A DNA stretch of 64,000 nucleotides from Lingula anatina (taxonomy: Eukaryota > Animalia > Brachiopoda). Position numbers and translations under genes: made by a program. Shown here in pieces: positions 24,923 through 36,520 of this stretch. The notes beneath the pieces were generated by a model. The model was not told the origin of the DNA and made no database searches. It saw only the letters and a list, made by a program, of their open reading frames with translations. Position 1 is the first letter of the stretch; every line of letters begins with the position of its first letter. The stretch spans positions 5,952,001-6,016,000 of the forward strand of contig CM120645.1 of assembly GCA_051362555.1 (NCBI GenBank), written 5' to 3'.

Positions 24923-27900
24923 CGTACTGACGCAGAATTTGCGTTTCAAGTTATAAAATGATCAATTATTTAATATTTCAGATGAAATAATCTTCAGAAA
25001 CAAATCCTCAAAGCATAAACGAATTAGGATAACGAACCATTTTATTATAGCAGTTCCCATTTTTCTTTAATATAACGCTCTTTTTCCTGTTTTTCCTCAA
25101 CACGTTTTCTTCCACGGAAGCTTCAAGATACCCTGAGAGCAATTTCTTTTATTAATGTTCGCGACCGTGTTTGAACTTAATTGTTTAAGTATTGATATTT
25201 AACGTCATTTACAAATACCAATAAAATTACCCCATGAAATAAATGAGATATATTGAAAAATATGAAAGCCCACCAAGACGAGTTTCATACCTGTTATTAC
25301 CTGGCTTGGGAATTGCAGCGGTGCATAATTAACAGGTTTGTTGTAAACGAGCTTTTGGTCAACTACAATGCATTTAAAATGCATCAGCAATCAGTAAGTT
25401 TGCCGACTGATTACAGTTAATCTGAAAGACTACCAGCTCTTGATATGATCTAAACCACCTGAGGTGACCATGATCTAGAGCATCGCAACTATTGTCACCG
25501 AAGTTAGTAAGTAAGTCACGGAAGACCGTCACAGACAAAGAAAGATTGTCAACGAGAGCTGCAATTTTGCTGAATCCCACGGCAACACACCGAGGCATAA
25601 CGAAAATTCCTCAACTCCGTTCTACACAACTTTCCTTAACTTCTCCGTCTGTATGCAACATGCAGCTCAGAGTCTCATAGACCTTTATCGTGATTGTCGT
25701 CACAGTACCACGTGACCCAGATCTGTTGCTTCATTTTTGCATATTGAGGTGAGGTTTACTAAAACGCTTTTTTTCTACTAATAGATTGTTTTTATAATTT
25801 TTAAATGGCGGGGATCGATTAAAACATACCTCTAGTGTATAGATTGAGTGCTGTATCTTCAAAATTCGAGAAATGGATTTTTACATGAACATTGTCCTTT
25901 AAATAGATTTGGTAATATGCAGCATACATGTACAGGGTATATATTCATGACTTTTTACCTTTCCACGAAGTAGGCCCTATTCACAATGCTTTAATATTTT
26001 GAGAGAATGGATAAAGACATGTTGTTAGTTTGATACGTGTTTCTGTGGTAAATTAGTGTTTCCAGCTGTGTACTGAAAACATAACTTTTCTTAAGCATTT
26101 TTTTGGACTTTTTTTTCGCCCGCTCGCACCGATTTTGGGGTCCCCAGAGGATATGTCATCCATAAAAATAAAAAAAGTGTGGCCTTATGATTAAATAAAA
26201 ATAACGATGAAAATAAAGGAAGTAAAGAGGGATGGCAGATTAATTATATAAAGCGTCTGTATGGTTCCTTGATTTTATGAAACATGTTACTAGTGACAGT
26301 AACCAAACAGCATAACATTCACAATAATAATTTGATCAAGTTCATATTTATTTTTTAGTTTAATGCTTATTTTAGCCCATCTTTTTTACTTTTCCAGTGA
26401 GCGGGAGCGAATATTGCTGCCCATATTACACGTCATCTGGTAGTTACAGAAGCTCGTTCTACTGTTTCGACTACTGCTGCGGGACATCTACCAGTAAATA
26501 CTGCTGTTCCTCGTCCTATGACAGATACTACCCGAGTTATTCCTATAGTTGGTTATGCCCAACTGCGACAAAAGGTTCGTACTCGGTACATGTACATTTT
26601 GTACAGTAAAGTTATCCTTTTGATCAATGAAATACATATTACCTTGGTCACTAAGGTTTATTCCTACCAAAAACCGTTGCGAAATTCCTTAATCCGTTTT
26701 TACGTCCTACATTTCTGTTTATACTTTCACGAATGATTCAACCAGTTTCTAGCTATTTTCCGTATAAGATAGGTGACTCAAAATTAAAAACAATTCATTC
26801 AAAACCATTGGAAAATTATGATGACTGTGCATCTTCTTCTTTTTTCTTAGAGCGCATTCTCAATGAATTAAGCCAGGCTTTACAAAGCCGGTTACCTAAA
26901 AATGGCGGACGTACATGAAAGAAAAACCGCCTAATCTTTTAATAGTCTCTCCGCCTCTCACACGCCTCCCCACACGTCGTCCCTGCAGTAATTAAGTCTC
27001 GGCTCCGAACATTAATATTTCCGTGAATATCTCTGGTGATATTATCTCCGTAGATAGTCGATTCATTGCTGGTCTACGGGCCAAATTATTCCTTTTTCGT
27101 CTCTGTTTTCAAAGATAATAGAACAGAAGAGCTTTTTTCCTTCGATCGCCTTCAGCCGCCATGCTTTCTTCACCACGAGTTTAACTGATGAGCATGCGCA
27201 CTTAATATTTCTCAGGTAGCTTCCGCATGGCGAACGGAGCCGAGATTTAATTACTGTACCCCGCAGGGACGACGTGTGGGGAGGCGGAGAGACTATTAAA
27301 AGATTAGGCGGTTTTTCTTTCATGTACGTCCGCCATTTTTAGGTCACCGGCTTTGTAAAGCCTGGCTTAATTCGTTGAGAATGCGCTCTTACAGATGATT
27401 TATTTGTATCACCTCTCAAATATATCTACTGTAATGACCTAAATAATTAAATATGGACATATAGTGAATTGTTTCACATTCATTAAAGATTTCTCGCCAA
27501 CTCGTCGGAATGACCTAAACGGAGTATATTCTTCAGAAAACATGTCCAACTAACGATATCTTTATCCAAATACACAAATTAAAAGCTCATTTGGTAAATT
27601 TTAGGCTTTAAAATGCACGTGGTCGAGTTTTACCTTTACCACGTTTTTCTTCCACAGAAGTAATGCCTGGGCATACGCATACTTCAAGATACCCCGAGAG
27701 CAATCACTGTCATTAAGGCTCGCGACCGTGTTTGAACTCACTTATTTTAAATATCCATATTAAACGTTATTTAAAAATACCAATAACATTACCCCATGAA
27801 ATAAAAGATATATATTTAAAAAATATTAAAGCCAACCAAGAATGTGACAGGTTGAGTTACCTGTTATTACCTGGCTTGGGAAGTGCGGCGGTGCGTAATA

Positions 27901-30348
27901 AACAGGTTTTATCGTAGACTAGCTATTAGTCAACTATCATGCATTTAAAATACATCAGCAGTTAACTGCTAGTAAGCTTGTCAAATGATGACAGTTAATT
28001 TGAAAGACTTTCAACTTTTGATATGATCTAAACTACTTGAGGCGACCATAATCTCGAGTATCACATCTATTGTCACCGAAGTTAGTTAATAATTCACGGA
28101 AGACCGTCACAGTCAAAGAAAGAAGATTGTCAACGAGTGCTACTTTTAGGTGAATCCCACGGCAACACACCGAGGCATAACGAAAATTGCCCAACCCCTA
28201 CAACACAACTTTCCTAAACTTCTCTGTCTGTATTTAGTCTGTATGCAGCTCAGCTGAGTCTCAAAAACCTTTATGGTCTTTTTCGTCAAAGTACCACGTG
28301 ACCCAGATCTGTTGCTTCATTTTTGGCATATTGAGGTGAGGTTAATAAACACGCTTTTTACTACCAATAGATTGTTTTTATACATTTCAAAAGGTGGGGA
28401 TCGATTAAAACATATCTCTAGTGTATTCTTGCAGTCGGTTTCCGGCCTACTTAACCCAGAACGAGGCTCTCATTTTAGGATAAGGGTAAAACATAAGCTT
28501 GCGCCCATTACTATCCGTTTACACCAGATACATGTTGTATTTACTTAATAGGCATGTTTTATCGTCTGTATCGAGTATATCTGTAAACAAATACGCGTGA
28601 CAACTGTTTGTTGATATTTACTTAGCCTACGTATTAAGCTCAAGGAAATAGCCATCAAAGGGATTTTCTAGCGTCAGTGGCGACTTTATCAATGATGGTG
28701 GTGTACGATTTTTAAAGCAATTTTTCCTACTGGGACACTATGACCAATACGTACCAGTTCCTTAATATACAGTCGGAATTCTTGTTTAATAAAATCATTA
28801 TCTAAATAAAGAAAGTCATCATATTCATATTATTTTTAGAAGTCTCAATTTGAAAGATTTGATAAGCTAGAAAAGTGGGCTTGGGTAGCATTGCTTGTCG
28901 TGTTCAAAGTAGTAATGCAATTAATTTGCTTTCACAAAGAAGTTTTATTTGTCAATGCTATGTTTTTCATTTAAATTTCATTTTCTTCTGTTGCCTGGAT
29001 TATGTTTGAAGAGACTGTAAAATACTTTTTCACCCTTTATAATTTCTGCAAAAACGTAAAAATATTTAACTAGAGGCCTGCCAAAATCATTTTTCATAAA
29101 TAGATTCATCCATAATTATCCAATTAAACAAAAAGTTTTAACCAAATTCACTCAGCTTTAATGCTACTGGAAGGGGGGGCAATAATCACCAATAGCTTAC
29201 AAGTTTTATCTTAAGTTTTCATAACTGGAAATAATTTGAAAAACAGCAATAATGCTCTCTAAATATTCTATTTTTCTTTATTTCTGAATGAGAGCCCCTT
29301 TTTAATACTTTTAAGTTGTCAAAATCTAAAATTCCTTTTCAAAGACAAATACAATAACCACACCTGTAAAGATCATATCTGTTTTAGTTCTATTCACTAT
29401 AATGACGTCCACAGATAAAATCACTTTCTTCTAAATAAACCACCTCAAAGGGCTCTATGATTGTTTAAAGATCCAGGTAAGTTCTGTACCATCGCTATCA
29501 GTGGACAGATTTATTTGATAACAAAGCCATTGCAACCCCTTACCTGAAAAACAATCAGAACTGTCATTGCAGCTCATATGATTACAGTGTAAGAGAGGTG
29601 AATTTCAATCGCTAATAAAATCTGCATCAATCCTAGAAAAGGTACTTGATGGCCATTTCCTGACACTGAATGCCTATGTTGATATAATCAAACAGTTGTC
29701 AAGCTTTATTATCTACCGGTGTCAGAGATACAAACGATCAAATTTCATCATTTTAACGTAGGGAGTAATGGGGCTAACCGATTGTTTTACCCTAGTCGGG
29801 GCGTGGTGGCCATCTTGTGACGTCATGCCGACCGTAAGATTGAGTGCTGAATCTTCAAAATTCGAGTAATGGATTTTTACGTGTCTAGAATCCTTTAATG
29901 ATATTTTATTCTTATCCAGAAACGCGGTGTTGTGTTTTTGTTAATTCAAAAGTTTTGATAAGCTTGTGGCGAATTTTGAACACAAATATATTCAGTACAT
30001 GTACTGTAGATACGAAACAATGGTGAAATAGATTTTTATTCACAATCTCACTTGAATCATGGACATAATGAGATGCTATCCAAACGTATCTGATAACAAG
30101 ATAATGCAATGTAGCAAGCCAATTACAGAGGTGAGACTTAAATCACAAAAATGATCAAGATCCACTTTTATGACCATTACCCAAGTAAATATATTCACGA
30201 AGTTTGCATGTGTACATGTCCACATTTATACTTGAATTAAAAGACCAATGAGGGTGTTTGTCAATCGTCTCTATGCTGTTTAGGGACTCCAATTTAAAGA
30301 TGAAAAACTATTAATTATCATTCTCAAAGTGGAGCAGATCGTAGCCGG

Positions 30349-30422
<74 letters not shown>

Positions 30423-30595
30423 TTCAGAGCAGTGTTATATCAACTTTGATAAAAGAATATCAAAAGGCCCACAAGTGCGTTTTTGTGCGTAATGAATACG
30501 TGTGTGGTGCCATATTGCAATGAGAGCCCATAGTAAAAGTTAAAAAAATAATAATTATCATTCTCAGACTGGAGCAGACCGTAGCCGGTAATGTG

Positions 30596-30660
<65 letters not shown>

Positions 30661-31454
30661 TTCAGAGCAGTGTTAATGTCAACTTTGATAAAACAATATT
30701 TAAAGACCCACAGGTGCGTTTTTGTGGGTCACGAATGCGTGTTTGATGCCCCATTGCAACGAGAGCCCATATTGAATGTTTAAAATATTAATTATCATTA
30801 CATAATTCGGGCTCACCTAAGCAAGTAACATAAACCTATTCATATAGCACACAGCAGTGTAAATGCCACCTTTATCTAAACCGTACGTAAAAAATAACAG
30901 ACCTAAAACGCTGTCAGCGAGTTGAATAAATCGGAGAGGAATTGCGTCATTTTAATTCAAGACACGATTGAAGGTTTCATTATTGCCGCGTCTCAGGCTT
31001 AATTCTCACAAAGAGAGAAAAGCTTGACTCTAAAAATATTTTCCAATCAGGTCATAGCTGAAAACAAGTATACTACACTACAATTGTACAATTTTGAATG
31101 CTCATTTTACGGCAACAAACAAGATTGCCTTTACCACATAGGGCATTTTGAATTCCTCCATGAATAAACATATCAAATTCTCACATAGTTTCCAAATTGA
31201 CAGAACAAATTGTACTTATACTTCATCTCTATAATTTTATTGTCTCATCCACCCGAAAGATTGACTCACGTACGTTACCGCGAGCTACCTGCCCAAATGA
31301 CACAAAAACTCATCGACAACTGCAATTGAAAAGAAATTAAGCTGTAAAGAAATACCGGATAGGGATAGCCAAAATTAAAAAAAGTAACGGGTACTGAAGT
31401 GAGGTCCATATATGGGGATGCTTCCTGCTGCCTATGCTACCTGTATGACCATGC

Positions 31455-31503
<49 letters not shown>

Positions 31504-33172
31504 AATATTTTAAATATAAATATTAAAATTATTAAATATTTACAAAGAATGAAGGATGTACAATAAGACCAAATGAGTACGAAAATAGAACACAGACTCT
31601 CTATTTTCTTAAACAATATCTTGCGCAAATATAATCAAATGTAGATACATTTAAATCATTAAAATGGTTAAATGAAAAAACGATAAAAATAAAGGAAGGG
31701 AAGAGGGTGGTACATTAATCATGCAAAGTGTCTGTATGTTTCCTTCATTTAAGGAAACATGCTACTAGTAACATTTACTGAGTACAAAACAGCATAACAT
31801 TCAAAATTATAATTTTAGCCCATCTTCTTAATTTTTCAAGTGAGCGGGGGTGATTATTGCTGCCCATATTACACAGAAGATGGCACTTACACACCAGCGT
31901 TCTACTGTGAGCAATACTGCTGCGGGACGTCTTTCAGTAAATACTGCTGTGAAACGTCTCATTGGAGACTCATGACAGACAGTTATCCGTTTACATGGAA
32001 CTGCCCCGCCGTCACAGGTTCGTATATAATAAGAGTGGAACAAAATTTTCACTTCGTCAGTATACAATGTTCTGGTACATGTTTGCCACCTTCGACGTTA
32101 ATTGAAAACGGTGTGGTAGGACCATTTGAGTTTTGACCTTCATTTTTTCCACCTCTGTATTTACAGTCCGTACGGTAGGTTCAGGAGAACATTGTTGCAT
32201 GCGCATATTACACGTCATCTGGCAGTTACAGAAGCTCGTTCTACTGTTCCCAGTACTGCTGCGGGACATCTACCAGTAAATACTGCTGTTCCGCGTACCT
32301 GGGAATTATATCTGATATAATTCCCTGCTCGTACTTAAGCAGATATTATAGGAGTTATACCTATAGCTGGTAATGCCCGCTCGCCACTCCACCCACCCCC
32401 ACAACAGGTGGGTTTGTAATAATAATGATAATCGATTAAATTTTTCATTTGGTCTGTGTGTATACTGGTGCATGTTATCTACTATCGACGTTCCCACCCT
32501 TTGTTATGTTATGGTTCCCACCATTTAAGTTCTGACCTTGACCTTTCTATTACCTTTGTATTTACAGCTAATTCAGGAGAATATTGCTGCGCATATTACA
32601 CGTCATCTGGCAGGTTCAGAAGCTACTTCCACTGTCCCAAGTTCTGTTGCGGGACATCTATCAGTAAATACTGCTGTACCTCATCCTATAACAGATATTA
32701 TAGGAGTTATACCTCTCTTATAAACTGCCCCGCCCCCTTAAATACCTGGATTAGCTGGAGCAGCTCGACTACTACATCAGGCAGCATAAATGTGTATATA
32801 TACATTTTTTCTTTCAAATTATCTTCAGTTGCTCTCTCTCTCTCTCTCTCTCTCATTATGTTAATTCTTTAACTCACTTGAGAGGCTTTCGACATGTAAT
32901 AGTGCTATCAAAATAAATGTAATTCAATAATCATAATCGTTACATTTTGATCGTTTTGCATAATGAAGAAGCCGTGCTCTTCATAATATATCCTGCTGAT
33001 TCAGACTGATATAATTTCTTTCATTTCTTTATATATAGTACCGGTGCTATAGTTGGCTCTGTAGTCGGTTTCATCGCCCTGTGTGTCATCATAGGAGTCG
33101 CCATTGGTTGCAAAACCGGATGCTGTGGAAAAAGGAGACGGACAGGTAAGACAGAATGAAACACGTTCACGT

Positions 33173-33217
<45 letters not shown>

Positions 33218-33996
33218 GGGTAAAGCAGGACAAAAGACGCAAAGACGCATAATGGATATTATATGATGGAGGATGACGAGACGTAAAGGGTTGCTAAACG
33301 TGGTTAACACGTGGTCCTAGCAAAGGAGGTCGAGTTCTAGAAACGTCACTGGGCTGCAGAATTCAACAAAACCCTTTACCGAGTAGGCTGCTGTATCATG
33401 GAATGCTGAAATCAAACATTGTTTTGCCATTTTTGTTACAGTGTATGGTATACGTTGTAAAGAGCAACAAAGAGAAAAGAGTTGTAAACGAGACATAATT
33501 GCATCTTGAACTACTACATGTACAGTGTATCGGTAGTATCCACGGCCGTACTAATTTGTGAGTTCTAATGCGTTTATCAGAACCTAAAGTACTGTCACAA
33601 AACGGATGTCAATTACTGTTTACTACCGTGGATGCTGTAAATTTCTTTACAGTGACCAGACCCCCGGGTTATGGCATAGCAACGTTGAACACGCCGCCGA
33701 CTACGCAAGATTCCTCAGTCGGGTACGCCCCACCACCAACAAATACAGCGTATGGGCCAGGAATACCTCAACCGAATGAGGCTTATGAACCAGAAAAACA
33801 GCCACCGTATACAGGGCCAGGAAGTCACCCTGAACAGCCGCCAGACGCAGAGCTTGGGCCAGGAATTCCACCTCCCAGTAACGCATTTGGACCAGGATCG
33901 CCACCCGATGGAGAAGCAGCGCCACTGGACGGTTATGATGCTCCCCCTCCCCCATACCCAGGCACAGATGATACTTACGCCCTACTCCAACGTTAA
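22088..33996 (+). CDS. Gene D: Shisa-like protein, up to 3 intact Cys domains, about 364 aa, PPPY tail
   Basis: Exons: 22088-22151 (signal MEKQVKFVFTCVIALLAIVSS), 26398-26574, 31841-32017, 32568-32793 (weak donor GTATAT), 33039-33145 (TM), 33653-33996. Total 1095 nt, in frame if pseudo-exon 32167-32407 is skipped. Confidence 0.75.
22631..26184. mobile_element. PIF/Harbinger-like non-autonomous element (TTA TSD) hosting a nested 2.5 kb element
   Basis: TIRs GGCCACACTTTTTTTATATTTATGGATGACAT / ATGTCATCCATAAAAATAAAAAAAGTGTGGCC, TTA on both sides. Empty site visible in gene H intron (about 57790). Confidence 0.78.
23408..25898. mobile_element. Kolobok-like non-autonomous DNA transposon (TTAA TSD), copy 1
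   Basis: TTAA|AGGG...GTCCT|TTAA termini with imperfect TIR. Near-identical to 50337-52802 but with different flanks. No transposase ORF. Superfamily inferred from TTAA TSD and AGG/CCT ends. Confidence 0.72.
26850..27388. mobile_element. Foldback MITE with ~160 bp TIRs and TTA TSD (Harbinger/Tourist-like)
   Basis: GAGCGCATTCTCAATGAATTAAGCCAGGC... mirrored by ...GCCTGGCTTAATTCGTTGAGAATGCGCTC, TTA on both sides. Empty site in gene I intron (TTCTTACAAAT, about 63765). Confidence 0.85.
27487..29894. mobile_element. Diverged Kolobok-like copy (TTAA TSD) with internal deletions and a nested insertion
   Basis: Homologous to both ends of 23408-25898 and flanked by TTAA. The empty site CATTCATTAATG in gene H intron (about 56985) shows a single TTAA. 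Confidence 0.75.
28427..29839. mobile_element. Nested ~1.4 kb insertion with imperfect TIRs
   Basis: Interrupts the host element between TAGTGTA and TTGAGTGCTG. Ends TCTTGCAGTCGG / CCGACCGTAAGA, with subterminal AGGGTAAAACA / TGTTTTACCCT. Confidence 0.6.
30311..30800. repeat. Two ~240 bp tandem units, each containing a (TA)n microsatellite
   Basis: AATTATCATTCTCA..GGAGCAGA.CGTAGCCGGTAAT(AT)nACTTCAGAGCAGTGTT repeated at about 30313 and 30553. Confidence 0.85.
32167..32407 (+). pseudogene. Disrupted Cys-domain exon within gene D
   Basis: Carries a 4-bp insertion (TGCATGCGCA), a ~36 bp insertion containing a 25-bp palindrome, and TTA>TAA before the final CP. Confidence 0.85.
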
Positions 33997-36520
33997 TTCA
34001 TCTGGCGCAGATAAACTTCAATGACTACAGTGTGCCGGGTGTGGCAGGAGTGGTAGTCAAGGGAATGGAAGCAAATTTCGAGCCCACGCTTGAATTAAGC
34101 GTACAAAATTATATTAGTTTAGGACATTCATCTCATATGTATATGTAAAGGTACATAACAATATGATTAGTACAGGTTGGGGTTAATCGAGGTATTGGTG
34201 TTAGTATATGGGACGAATGCCACCTGTACAAAGTAATGGGGAACGGACTATGGTTTCTAGCGGACTACCATTCTTGTCACAATTGCTGACTACGGGCCTG
34301 TGAAGCAAGTTTCCTTTAATTGGTGTTTTAAACCAAATGAATATAAAGGGATTTATGTCTAACTCTGAATGTGTATCCGGTGTTAGTTTCTTAAACAGTG
34401 CCTGGTGATTGCAGCTTTTCTGTATATAGAAGAGATTGTCGTCAATTGCTTATGTATTCAAGAAAGTGATTAGACCTTATGTGTTTATATATAGTTCCCC
34501 ATATCTTTTACTGAGTATTAGTCCAATCATTAAATTAACTGGAGCTTGAATTCTTCGTGCAAATGTAAATTCAGCAAATATATTGATGACCAAAATGTGA
34601 TTGGACACCACCAAATGTGATTTTATATATCGACTGCTTGCTATGTTTTTTTATGTTTAAGTGATTATTTCGTGTCTGTTGTTAAACTTAACATAAGATG
34701 TACCGTTTCGATGGCCTTGTCTTACCGAGAGTTTTTTTAAAGTTAATGTTTTGATGTAAATTAATCTATCCATGTCGATTAATGAGTATTAAGGTAGGAC
34801 TTTAAAAAATATGGAGAAAAACTGCTGTGAACTTTTTGAACTTTTAATCAAATGATTTTAAGGTTTTCCTTTTTATATAATGTATAAGTTACCGAATTAT
34901 GAATGTTTTTTCATCATTTAAGTGACGGGGTCCCACTTACAAAAATGACGTGTTTTATTTAACTTTAAATTCTATGCCTTTCTATATATTCAAGCCATAT
35001 ATTTTTGTTACGATATATATATATGCTTCTTTTTCATGTTTAAACCAAATGTATGTCTGGCAAAGTATTCTCTTTTCGTTTGACCTAGATGTAAAATATT
35101 TTGAAAATATTTGAAATGTTTATCTTTGTATATGTTCTGCGAACGGTAAAAGAGAATATCTACTACTTAACTTACAAGAAACGTATGGTTATCATAAATA
35201 GTACAAGCAACTTACTTCGAATGCTTAGCTGTTACGAATAGTTGTAAAACTGTTGTATAGGTAATGAAAATTGAAAATTTCAACTTACATAAAACATCGG
35301 ATAATTGAAATGAGATAATTATAAAAATAGTGATTATACAGCATCCTATGAAATCCTTTGGGTCAGGTTTTACAGTGCATAAAATCTCTTGTCATAAAAG
35401 GATATATATATATAAACCAACCGTGATTCTTCACCAATTGGCATCATTGGCATCATCTACTCCATTATTTGTTAATAACATTCAAACTTTACTTCTAGCT
35501 TTGTCTTCAACAATAAACTTGAGCGCACCCTTGTTTTTAAACCACACATTTTTTTAAACATGAATTTAGGACTGATGGTATCTATGGAAGGTGTTTGGCG
35601 AAAAAAGTCTTTATTCTGATTCTTAATTTGTATCTCAGCATTTGTTGAAAAGTGTGTTTATATACATTTGTTCTTTCGTTGTTGAAAATTCTTCATGCAC
35701 TGTCAATGGTTTTTCACATGATTGTTCTCTTGCAAACTCTTTTACTCGTCATTTTTCATCAGAACGATGGAATTGCTAATAGGCGGTACACGTACACTTA
35801 TTGCAGCTACTGCAGCGTAGCAATATTGAATTATTGATTTACTTTGTTCATTATTATCCTTTATGCCTTGTACTTCTTTCTTGGTTGATAATGGAAGACT
35901 GCAAGTGTCGTGTTTTTGTCTGGTTGTTCTGTCTTATTCATACTGGTGTAGCGTAAATAAATTGCAAATTAGAATGAAGTGGAAGTGACAGGCAATGACC
36001 TTGTTCTAACAAGGCACATCATATAAAAAGCCTCAACGATACAAACATTGAGTGAAAGTTATTTTTCATAAGTTCCATAAGCTTTTCACAATCATTTTTA
36101 TTCATGATTTAAGTCTTGCCCTTTGATTTAAAAATTCATCTGTATAGATAAATTAACATAATTTCACATATACTTATACATAAACTTGAATAAGATATCA
36201 TGGCTAAAGAGACGTTTCGTAACTTTAACAAGACACAAAATAAATGCCCAAAAACACATTTGTAGCTTGAAATATAAAATTATATTTGGTGTTTTACCTT
36301 CACGTCTCAGTTATCAGCACATTTGCTGATTATAAATTTACATCTGTAAGTACAAGATTCTCTCTCGTAAGTTTAAAAACAGGTTTAACGAATTGCAGTA
36401 AAAGAGTATTTTAGCGATGTGAGACTAATCAAATTGTTGAAAGTGCATGTACTGAATACATCACTGTAATAAAAGAGAACCGGTATACTATAGTCATTAA
36501 TAGTGAAGTCTAAGTGGTAT

